DNA from: Lama guanicoe
Lineage: Eukaryota
Length of the DNA: 64,000 nucleotides
Assembly: GCA_013239625.1 (NCBI GenBank)
Contig: MU053431.1
Coordinates: forward strand, 62,001 to 126,000
Direction of reading: 5' to 3'
This document shows, in pieces, positions 12,050 through 22,165 of the stretch (the first letter of the stretch is position 1; every line of letters begins with the position of its first letter). A program made the translations under genes and the position numbers. The notes below the pieces were generated by a model. It worked only from the letters and a program-made list of their open reading frames with translations, searched no databases and was not told the origin of the DNA.

Positions 12050-12300
12050 CTGGTTCTGCTCACTGCCACCATCCTTTAACCACTCTCAGCTCATACACAA
12101 TGCTAATACTGTCTTTATTTAGCTGAACAGTTAATACAGGAGGAGTTCTGCTGTATGGGGGGTGGTGATTTTGGTCTTCATAACAGTGAGCACATCTGAC
12201 AAGTCCTCTTACTAACTTGAATAGATGGATGGATTGTTGATACGACAAAATTCTAGAGACCAGCTGTCAATCCTTTCATCCTTAAAGATGCTGCTTTCTC
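12050..12300 (+). pseudogene. EBLL segment 4: CxxC region after the PRNTase motifs
   Basis: C*YCLYLAEQLIQEEF (12101-12148) vs CKTCFEKIDSEEF; the TAA stop is one base from AAA (Lys). Confidence 0.7.
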
Positions 12301-12329
12301 TTCTCTTTACATTGGCTTGACAATTCACA

Positions 12330-12490
12330 CAGTTTGAAATGGTTCCCCACACATCATCTCATCTGATCCTAAACCCATGCTTGGGGCTTACAGGATAGAC
12401 GTTTCCTACTTTTACAGAGGAGGGAGCTGAGACAGGAGCCTGCACGAGGCCAGTGAGAAAATGGGATCCTGGACTCCCCAGGAAGCCTGT
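12330..12490 (-). mobile_element. MIR-like SINE inside EBLL
   Basis: 'catcatctcatctgatcct...cctacttttacagaggagggagctgagac' resembles antisense MIR core. Confidence 0.55.
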
Positions 12491-12549
12491 TTGTTCTCCG
12501 TGTCTCTACATAGGATGACCAATCCTGTTGGTGTCCATGCTGGTTGGTA

Positions 12550-12957
12550 TGTATTAGGTTGTGAGTGACAGAACACCATGACTCAGGCCACTCCCAATGA
12601 CATTTATGATGCTGTGCAACAAGAAACCCAGAGGCAGAGTGGGATCCAGGTGCGGATGTGAGGTTCTGGTGCCTTTATCTGCATGTCTTGGGGGCTCCTT
12701 TCCCCTCTGAGTGTCAGCTTCATCCTCAAGTGGACCGCAAGGCGACTGCAGCTATTCAAGTAACAACGATGCCCAGGAGAGGGACTTTCTCCTTCCTCAA
12801 ACCTTTCCTGTAAGTACTGCCAGCAGGCATTTCCATTTTGTCCAGCACTGGGTCCATGTGCATCTCTCAAGCAGCCGCTGGAAGGGGAAGGGGTGTCCGT
12901 CATCTGCTTAGAACAGCCAGTTGACTGGAATTGGATGTTGGACAGTGAGCTGCAGAC
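12550..12957 (-). mobile_element. MaLR LTR (MLT1K-like) inside EBLL
   Basis: Starts 'tgtattaggttgtgagtgacagaacacc'; contains 'cagcactgggtccatgtgcatctctcaagca'. Confidence 0.65.
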
Positions 12958-12959
12958 TA

Positions 12960-13020
12960 CTGCATCCATTTAAAATGCATCTATTTCAAGTAGGTAAGTT
13001 TAAGAGAATTGGTCTGGTGT
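12960..13020 (+). pseudogene. EBLL segment 5 (short)
   Basis: HLFQVGKFKRIGLV vs ARLLQFEKAGLI, at the expected colinear position. Confidence 0.45.
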
Positions 13021-13021
13021 C

Positions 13022-13870
13022 TGGTGGGTTGTTGCTGTCACAGTCCTTCATTTGTTCATGCCTTCCTGTACCCATGGACAGGTGTAGTCCCCTCCACACT
13101 GACTCAGAGCTCGGCCACAGCATTTGTTTTGGCCAGTGAGAAAACAGTGAATGTAACAGAGGGAGCTTGCCTTCTGGTTGCTCTTGACCTGTTAGGGACT
13201 GAACTGTGTACTCCCAAATTTCATTGGTTGAAGCCCTAACCCCCAGTGTGACCGTATTTGGAGATGAGGTCTTTAAGGAGGCAATTAAAGTTAACTGAGA
13301 TCATATGGGTGGGGCCCTGATCCAGCAGGACTGGTGTCCTTATAAGAGGAAGTGACACCAGGAATGCTCACACAAAGAAAAGGCCACGTGAGGATATGGC
13401 AAGAAGACGGCCACCTATAAGCCAGAGAGTGTTGCCCTGCCAGAAACCAACCCCACCAGCACTTTGATCTTGGACTTCCAGCCTCCAGAACCATGAAAAA
13501 GTTAATTTCTGTTGTTTAGGCAACCTGTTTGTTGTTTTCTGTTGTGGTGACCTGAGCAGACAAATACAGGAACCCTACCCCCACTACCACAGGAACAAGC
13601 CTGGGCTAGTCTGCTGGGTGAGAGACACAAAGCCCAGTTACCTTCATTGTATCAACCTTTGGCAGCTAACCTGTAGCTGTGTGAGTTAGGCCACAGACCA
13701 TCAGCTGACCACTGATGCATGAATGAGCCTATGTGAGATCAGTACAAAAGCAACCTAGTTGAGTCTAACCCAAATCACTGACCGAAGGAATTGAGACACA
13801 TAAATAAATGGTTGCTTTAAGCCACTAAGTTTTGGGGAGGTTTGTTACACAGCAATAGATAACTGATACA
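13022..13870 (+). mobile_element. MaLR LTR (MLT1G/H-like) with a nested younger MLT1
   Basis: Ends 'aataaatggttgctttaagccactaagttttggggaggtttgttacacagcaatagataactgataca'. Confidence 0.7.
13190..13568 (+). mobile_element. MLT1B-like LTR, nested
   Basis: TG...CA termini; 'tgttagggactgaactgtgt...gttgaagccctaacccccagtgtgaccgtatttggagat...cttggacttccagcctccagaac'. Confidence 0.85.
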
Positions 13871-13915
13871 TGAGGGATATGTGAGGTTTCAGGTCACATA
13901 CTTTAATGTTCCATA

Positions 13916-14995
13916 TGTGAACAAAAAATACTGCAAGTCATATCAGTAAACAAAGAATGCTATGGCTATCATAAAATCGAATGTGTCCTGGTATGAGTCA
14001 TAATTCTAATTATCTTAAAATGTATGTCAGAAATATCCAAGTTGCCTGTCAATTACATTGTAATCAAATCTTTAACCATGCCATTTTAAGTCTTGTCATT
14101 TATATAAACAATCAGTATTTTACTTTGATTCTTTCATAAAATGAAGATCTTCAGGAAGATTCATGAAAAGGGACTTTTAAACAAATACAAGTTTCTGATC
14201 ATCTTTAGATCATACCACTAAACTGGGTAAATTATGAAACTAATAGAAATCTGATGATTTCATCCAGATGAACAAAAATTAATTACATGAGACTAACTGA
14301 TGAATGATTGTTAACCTTATGACTTTTGAGAAACATACTGGCCTTTAATCTGTATTTTCCAAAAAATCTTTCCTATTATGCTATGACCTACAACAAGTTG
14401 ATAAAATATGTCTTGAGTAGCATTCCTAGTGCTGTGGGACAAAACTGGTTATAAAATGTCTCGCAAAATATTGGTCGAATTTAGGACCAAGGGGGAGCAC
14501 TGTGAATGAAAAATACTGCAAGCCATATTAGTAAACAAAGGATGCTGTGGCCATCAAGTCATCAGCCACTACTGCCAACTCAGGATGCAGATAAGTAGGC
14601 AGTCCAGCCTCTGCAGCCAAGCCCAAGCAGTGCCCCCTGAGGGAACTCAATGTGAAAGGACAGGATATTGGCCCTAGATAGCTAGTTGCTTGACAAAGGA
14701 ATGGTTTCAATGAGCCCAGACATTTGCTCTCTCCCATACATAGAAAAGCACTAATTCTTTAACTTGAGATATCTGGTTTTCTTTAGTTAACAGTAATCTT
14801 TTAACGTTCCAACTACCTGGTCTTTGTTGTAAAAGTCCTATATATCCTGGTTCCTCCTCTGCCTCTTTGGAGCAGTACCTCAGAGCCATCTGAGAGGCTG
14901 TCATCCCAGGCTCAACGGGTTCAAGTCCTCAGAAATGTCCACCAAATAAAACATAACTCTCAACTAATTGGTTGTCCATTTTATTCCAGTTGACA
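13916..14995 (+). mobile_element. Internally deleted ERV1-class provirus: 5' LTR stub, internal remnant, full MER41-like 3' LTR (14501-14995)
   Basis: 13916-13970 repeats the first ~55 bp of the 14501 LTR; polypurine tract 'aagggggagcac' precedes TG at 14501; TATA-like at 14839, AATAAA at 14945; ends 'gttgaca'. Confidence 0.75.
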
Positions 14996-15255
14996 CCTGG
15001 AAAGACTTGATTACACATGCTTCTGGTGGTCTGATTTGGAATGGAATTTGTCTACCACATGTCAGAGCCATTTTTACAGGAATCAGGCAAAGTGTCTGAG
15101 CTAGGCAGACTGAATATGAAAACAGTCATGAGCCCTTTTAGCTTGATTTTTATTTTCCATCTTTGAGTAAAGACAAAGATACAGAAATACTAGAAATACT
15201 CTCATAAGAGAATAACAGTGTAGATTAGATGCTTGATGACAACTGCATACAGAGT
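14996..15255 (+). pseudogene. EBLL last segment: L C-terminal region
   Basis: LERLDYTCF (14997-15023) vs LDRLESVCY; ICLPHVRAIFTGIRQSV (15046-15096) vs [27 protein letters not shown] (15206-15229) vs KRITVGGR. Confidence 0.8.
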
Positions 15256-15259
15256 CTCA

Positions 15260-15530
15260 GTGATGGGGACACTATATGGAGTGGTGGGGCCTCTGAGGAA
15301 CTGGACATGCCTTGAAGAGCATGGTCACTGTCTGGCCCTGGCCCTTGTTGTCATCTCAGCTCAGAGCTCAGTGTTTTGTTTATAAGCTTCCATTTTTCAA
15401 GAGAAACCTGAAATCTAGATTTTTATATAAAATCTCATTTTAAAACATAAATTCCATTCAAAATAAAACACCCTACAAGCTAAATAAAACTCACTGTAGC
15501 CTGACCACCCTTTTAGGGATGTTTGTTGTA
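15260..15530 (+). mobile_element. hAT-Charlie-type MER fragment
   Basis: 'tttttcaagagaaacctgaaatctagatttttatataaaatctc' resembles MER102/Charlie-type elements. Confidence 0.4.
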
Positions 15531-17559
15531 CACATACTGGCTAATACAAAAATTAGAAATCAGTGAAACACTGGTTTGATAGAATTTTTACTTTCCTTTT
15601 TGTTTGGGACGTACATATTTGCAGTAGACAGATGCAGATGGAAGGCTTTGCAAAAAAGTGATTCCAAAATATAACAGAGAAAATGAAACAATGAAAAGAT
15701 TACAGTCTGTGATTGCAGGTCTTTCCAAGCTCCAAGCTCAGAAAAAACAAATAAAACACAAAAACCTAATATGGTAAACCTAACACAACAAGTTTTTCAA
15801 ATTCAGAAAACAAATGAATGAGGATTTGATCTTTTGCATTTCAAAATGATTCTCAGCCAGATGGTGAATTTCTTGAAATAAGGGGCCTGATTTTATTTAT
15901 CTTTGTATCCCTGGCAGCTGGAAGCACATAATCAAGGTTAAGTGAATAAATGAATGAATGAACAAGTGAACATTCCTTACAGGTGATTAACACAGGGAAT
16001 GTGTGTTGGGAAGCGGCACAGTGTCTGCAGTGAGGAGCCAGTCGATCTGGCCCTTCTCCTACCTGCTCTTTCATTTTGGAAAAGTAGTTTCCTACTTCTC
16101 TGCACCTCCCTTCTTCATGTGTAAAATGAAGACAATAAAAAATGCCTACCCAATAGTGTTGTTGTAAAGATGAAGTGAAACCTCCTTGCAGACTGCACAG
16201 CACAGCCTGAAATGTGACATGGGTCTCCTAGATATTGTTACTGGGGTTGATGGTTGGTTAGTTTTAAACAGTGGATTACCAGGCGAGTTGATAGTAAGAA
16301 AGGTAGCATATTTAACTCCTCTCAAAGACATACTTTTGAATAAAGTGCTGTGAATTTGGACTAGATTAACTAGAAGAGTTCTTTATATGGATTCTGTGAG
16401 AATCAGCTCAGGTCACATCTTGGGCAGAGACCTAAGGAACCTGGAAAAAAGAAAAAAACAACAAAACACAACGCTGCTGTTTCCAAAGCATTTTCAGCAG
16501 CAATGAGGCCCAGATGCTTCTCTGGGGAATGATTCTTTGCTATAGAATTGGCCATTTTCAGCAGCACACACTGATGTTGTAATGAGGAGGATAAAACACA
16601 CGAGTCCACAGCCAGCTGTTTATGGAGTACTCAGTAAAGCCTAGTTGTTCTTGAACCAGCAGAGAGAAATTGCCTTCTCTACGCCAGCAGAAGCTTGTGG
16701 CTTTTCATTTTCTGTCTCTTTTTGGGTATTGCTGCTTTCCTTTTCACTTTACCCTAATAAGGAATGCTCTCTCTAGAGCAAAATAGATGCCAATCTTCAG
16801 AATTTCTGAAGGAAGAGCTACTGTAGTTGGAAAATACTGAATAATTCGCAGAGTATTATTTTGCCATTATTAGAGTACTTCCACTATTATGTTCCTGATG
16901 TTGGCTGGGACTTCCTAGTCCTCTGAGATATGGACAAGGTCAGTGCCAACCCCCTTCACATACTATGCAGAAGAAAAAAATCCTCTTATCCTCCCCTGGG
17001 TGCAGAGTGGTAAGTAGGTGGGTCAGTAGGGGTGGCTCCTCCTCCTGGAGCCTTTGTATCCTGAGGGGTGGCTTTCTTGAATGTGGGTTGTCTTGCTCCA
17101 TGTTGATTCAGATGGAAACAATTAACTTGTTTACCAGTTCCATAAATTGATCCTATTCACACCAAATGCATGTAAGTATAGCAAACTTTTTTTTTTTCAA
17201 ACAAAGATGAGAGAGGTGAGAATGTGTGAAAAAAAAACCTGCTTTGGAATAAGGTGAAAAATAAGAAACAACTTCGAATGGAAGCAACAATAACAGTGCT
17301 CTTATGATACCCTTTAAACCCCCACCCAACCCCTTCACCAGGGACCCTGTGATTCACTCCGTATTTATTGCTCCTTCCTCAGATTTGTCCTGGAACTCTC
17401 AGAGTATTTGCATTCTCTGCAAAGTCCACCCTGGGACCTCATACCGAATCCATCCAGCTCCAGCAGACAGAACAGGCACCCCCTTTCCCAGGCACATACC
17501 CCTTGAGTGATTTTTACATTTCTGCTACACCTTCAATGACCACATTTCCGGATGTATTA

Positions 17560-18740
17560 TCGAAGTGAGCATGCGTCCTCTCTCGTTCTGTGTCGGTAGC
17601 AAGAGCGCCACTTGCACTGTCATCACGTCCGCAAACACACTTTACTCCTCGTTTACCGGGAGTGAGGCTCCGCGATGGAGAGACCCCCGCAGCGGTCCGC
17701 GTAGTTTAAATTTTCCCAGCAGCCCCATCCAAACGTACAAACCAAGGAGTGAAATTCATTTTAACAGTATGTTCTACTAACCCGGTATGCCCAGGCCTCT
17801 ATCCCCTCAGCAGTATAAACAGCGGGATGAGGTACTCTACCTTTGGTTTTGCCCTCGCAGTCCTGAAGAGCGCGTGTCTCGCCGCAGCGCACCTCAGCCC
17901 GCAAAAGCAGGCCCAGGGCAGGGGCCTTAAGTTCAACTGAAGCCCAGAGTCTCCAGGGCTACTTGGTTCCGCCCTCAGACCTGCTGTCGCCTCACGGCGG
18001 CCAGGCGGCCATAGCTCCCCAGGCCCTCCTCTCCTTGGGCAAAGACAGCAGCACCGCACCTAAAGGCGAGGGCCACTCTGATAGGCTGAGCTGGATCACG
18101 TGTCCAGGAACGCGTGCGCTGACTGGCCCAGCCCTCGCTCCATCTCCGGTGTGGGGCGGGGCTTCTTGGCTGGAAATCCCGGGAGTTCCCGTGAGAAGTT
18201 GGAGTGGACGCCTACCCGGAGGACGAGGTCTGACGGAAGGCAGGAGCGGCCTCTCAGGGCGGGTAGGTGGCGGGTTTCACCGGCAGGGGAGCTTGTATAC
18301 GCTTGTCTTGTGGGCGAGGGGAGTAGACTTCTGAGCTCTGCGCGCCAGAATCTTACAGTTCATGGAGGGGCCTTCAGGGGTTCAGTCAGTCCGCCGTCCA
18401 GACGTTTCAGCCCCGTGGTGCTGCTCCTTGAACATGGCGCCCACTGCGGGCAGGATGGGCGGGGCCCAGGCCAAGGACGTGGGGCCAGGCGCCTCCGCGC
18501 GTCCCAGGCCCGCTCGGGGTCAGCGGGGTCGTCCCCCCCTCCCCCCGTGGCCTCCTCCAGAAGCGCTGCTCCCGGACAGGGCCGGGGTGGGCCAGCTGGA
18601 CCACAGAGGACAGGCGGTGGGTGTGCGGCCGGCAACGAGCGCCCGTCGCCCGGGCCGCGGGAGGCGTTGGCGTCTGATGTCAGCCTCAGCGGCAGACTTC
18701 CTTTTGAACTTTGGTTTGGTTGCCGGGTATTAAGACTGTT
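17560..18740. promoter_or_regulatory. CpG island, probable bidirectional promoter
   Basis: Sharp rise in GC and CpG; GC box ggggcggggc 18153-18162; CACGTG 18097-18102; donor-like sites on + (GG|GTAGGT 18263) and - strands (AG|GTGCGG at 18059, AG|GTGCGC at 17892). Confidence 0.85.
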
Positions 18741-19104
18741 TTGATTCACACAGGTGTGAATTGTAAATGTTTTCAGTTCCTTTCTGTGTCTTTAATTAAG
18801 CTAATCTATGAGATTAGAAGAGGAGCAGTCCGATTATCCGTAGGGGAACATGCTTTGAGGGGTCCAGGGCAAAATCAAATGCGGACCCCTTGCTCAGAAC
18901 TTATTAGAGATGATCAAGAGGGTGATAGCAGAGCAGTAAACCAAGTTGGGTGGGTCCAGTGTGGCTGTGCAGGTGTTACTGCACGAAGCCAGACTTGTCA
19001 ACAGTAAATGGTAACAGCTCACACGGCTTTCTAAGAAGCACCCTAAAGTTGCAAGTGATAAAATACCTGGACTGTGCTTTGACCTCAATATGGCTTGTCC
19101 CTCA

Positions 19105-19310
19105 CGGTGGCCCAGTGTAGTGGTTTAGATCAGACTCTGCTGATTGGTTTGCTTTTCACCTCTGGCTAACTAGCTGTGTGGTCTTGGGCCTGTTGCTTCA
19201 CCCCTCCTCACCTTAGTTTTCAGGGGTGATAACACTCTACCCCGTGGGATTGGTTTGAGGATTTAGATGAGGTAATGAAAATAATGTGCTCAGAATGGGG
19301 CTGGCACAGG
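19105..19310 (+). mobile_element. MIR SINE
   Basis: 'cagtgtagtggtttaga...ctagctgtgtggtcttgggc...ggtttgaggatttagatgaggtaatg'. Confidence 0.7.
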
Positions 19311-20079
19311 GTGACCAGTCCACAGATTCTAGCTAGTACGGCAGTTTCGAGCACTGTTGTTGCACTTACAGCGTAGATGTACAGTGTATCAGGCAGGTAG
19401 ATGTACTTCAGTGCAGTACTGGTACCTGCCCTGCACAGGTGCTTCCCTGTCTTGCCTGAATGTGGTTGAGAGAGGCTGTCCAGTGTGCTCACTTGTATGA
19501 TTTTATCTAAGTAGGCTGCGGAAATCATTGAACCTTCAAAAGGCGCAGGGCAGAGCTACAGCCTTCTGAGCCAGTGAATCATGTTTAAGGAGATTAAATT
19601 TTGCACAGAAATCATGGAAAATGTTATCCCAAGGTCTGCAAACAGTCTAACTTGTGTTATAATTTGGTATATATGACCTGTAAGAAGGCATGTTGCTCTT
19701 TGTTGTACAGGTTTTTTTTGGGGGTGGGGGCGAGATGGGGAGAATAGTTAAAATAAATTTTAAGAAAAAGAAATTTGAATTAAACTTTGGCTGATCCCTC
19801 AGACTCTGGCTCCTGTCCCTGTAGGTCCTTATGATCTTAGGATACTTGGCCTCTGGCAAAGGACCTCATAAGTGACTTCACTGACAGTGGGTACTGGATT
19901 TTTGTTATTAAGTACTGAAAAAAAAAAACTGAAAACAAACAGAAAAACTTGATTGAAAACTTAGAATAATGAAATGAAAATTACAAAGATAATTTTATCT
20001 TATATTTACTATTTAGGTAATAATCACAAGTATAAGCTAATTTTTAAATGGAGAAAGAAAAAGTCAAGTGATGATTTTT

Positions 20080-20860
20080 CCCAATTTTTTTATTGTGAAA
20101 TATACATAACACAAAATTTACGATTTTAGCTATTTTTCAGTGGACTGTTTAGTGGTTCCCATTAAACCCCTAACCCCCAAGCCTTCTGTCTCTATGAATG
20201 GGACTGCTCTAGGTACTTCATTAAGTGGAATTGTATAGTATTTGTCTTTTTATGACTGGCAGGTGTTGCATTTTTGGTATATTTTTCAAGCAAGGTTGGT
20301 GACAGCACGATTGAATATCCTTCACTTTATACTTGCTTCTATAGAACATCAGGAAGAGGACCTTCTTGAAGAATCATCCAAGGACTTCATCAATTGTGCA
20401 AGAATACACTTAAAATTTTTTTACTGAAGTTTAACTTATAGTAAAGTGCATATGTTTTAAGTGTTGGTTCAATAAACTTTTATATCTGGATATATCCAGA
20501 TCCAGATGTGGAACATTTTCATTGTCCCAGAGTTGTCCCCTGTGCTCCTTCGTGCTCAGTGACTCCTCCGCACCCGAGGGGACTTCCCTGACCAGCAATA
20601 AGTTCTCCCTGCTCCTGAATTTCACATAACTGGGGTCACTGCTGTGTGTTCTTTTGCATCTGGCTTTTCACACAGCACGGCACTTGTGGTGTTCGTACAG
20701 ATTGCTGTTCTTTGCAGTTCGCTCTTAGTTATCGATGTGTACAGTTTGACGCTATGAAGATTCCACAATTTGTTTACCCATTCTCTTCCTGACAGACATT
20801 TGGGTTGTTTTAATTGCCCATTATAAATAAAGTTGCTATGACCTCTCTGCCAAGAATGCT
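20080..20860 (-). mobile_element. L1M-type 3' fragments flanking a candidate exon
   Basis: 'ttattgtgaaatatacataacacaaaatttacg' and 'ttccacaatttgtttacccattctcttcctgacagacatttgggttgttt'. Confidence 0.6.
20345..20395 (+). other. Candidate exon (EHQEEDLLEESSKDFIN), phase 1-1
   Basis: Good acceptor 'ttcactttatacttgcttctatag'; purine-rich 51 nt; weak donor (GTGCAA). Confidence 0.3.
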
Positions 20861-21074
20861 TCCTCATTCAAACAATTTCTCTTTTAACGTGTCATTGTTG
20901 TCATCATTCTTACAAATTTTCTTTTCAGCTCTTGACTCTGCCATGTCCTCTTTTGTGAATGCTGCCAGAAGAGATTCTGTGTTTTCCAAAATCATATTAT
21001 TTACTTCATAAAATCCTGCATCATTTGCAAGATTTTCACATTTCCTTTGAAACCAGTTTGTCCTGTCCTTTTAG

Positions 21075-21203
21075 ATGATGCCTGTGTCTGCCTTGTGGAG
21101 GTAACATGCTGATGAAGACATTGGTGCACTGCGCGAGGGCCGGAGCTGGAGGTGAGTGGGCTGGGCCGTGCGAAAGGGCTAATATCCTAACAGTCACTTA
21201 GAG
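21075..21203 (+). other. Candidate exon with two GTGAGT donors (21152, 21204)
   Basis: Acceptor 'tttgtcctgtccttttag'; in-frame stops in phase 1. Confidence 0.35.
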
Positions 21204-21682
21204 GTGAGTATTTTTTTTATGACAGCTCTCTCTTCCCTCTGCAGCCTTGAAAGTGGGGCCTACGTTAACGCGTGCTCGGCTAACAAGATCCCCTTGTGTT
21301 GGGTTTGAAGCTAACTGCTGTGATAGTCCCTGAACTTGCCGCTTGGGAGGGCCGTCTTCTGGTCCTTTAGACCCTTGCCGCAGTCTTTGGTTAGGTGTGC
21401 AGACGCGAAGGGGACATTTGTCACTGAAATTACAGATGGCTGAATGGCAATTTGAATTGCATGAGCATTAAGTTAGTCTTCCTTAAGAGAGATATGCAAA
21501 ACCCGTGATTAAAATGATTTTATTCAAGCATTGGGAAGTATAGATAAATCCCCCTGACGTCAGCACAGTGGGGGGCACTCTGAAAGCCTAATTTTAATGA
21601 ATATACATGTTGACTTTTCAGTTTTTCAACTACAGGGGAAGTAGGGCAGAGGACTTACTTAGATCATCCTAATTAATAGCCG

Positions 21683-22165
21683 TGTGTGTAAGGGCTATTG
21701 CAGGGCTCTGCTGCTTCTGCAGAGAGGACGAACCAACAGGATATATATATGTGTCTATATATATGTGCATATACATTCACATACCTATGATATACACACA
21801 TACATATACACCTTTATATGTGTGGGTGTGTAAAGGTTTCCTGTAAGAATTGGCTCATGCAGTTATGGAGGTCAGAAGTCCCATGACCTGCCATCTGCAG
21901 GCTGGAGAACCAGAAACCCTGTGGTGTAATTCAGTCCAAGGCTGCAGGTCTTGAGAACCAGGAGCACCGTTGTCCCAGGGTGGAGAAGACGGATGTCTTA
22001 GCCCAGCAGACAGTACCTTCCCCCTCGGCCTTTCTGTTCAATTCAAGCCCTCGGTAATGGGCTGATGCCCACCTGCCTTGGTGAGTGCCATCTTCTCTCC
22101 TCAAGTCTACTGATTCCCATGCTGATCGCTTCCAGACACACATACACACAATTTTATCTCATTGA
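21683..22165 (-). mobile_element. MLT2 (ERVL) LTR with internal TA/CA-rich tract
   Basis: 'aagaattggctcatgcagttatggagg..agaagtcccatgacctgccatctgcaggctggagaaccag'. Confidence 0.8.

Larger units (their letters stand above)
8268..15255 (+). pseudogene. Endogenous bornavirus-like L (EBLL) fossil, near-full span, split by transposon insertions
   Basis: About 20 peptide blocks match BoDV-1 L (recalled from memory) in colinear order on one strand; see segment features and findings. Many stops, frameshifts and internal deletions. Confidence 0.85.

Noticed and set aside
18100..18749. Long ORFs (214, 129 and 123 aa) in the CpG island
   Set aside because: Expected from stop-codon scarcity in GC-rich DNA; no recognisable protein.
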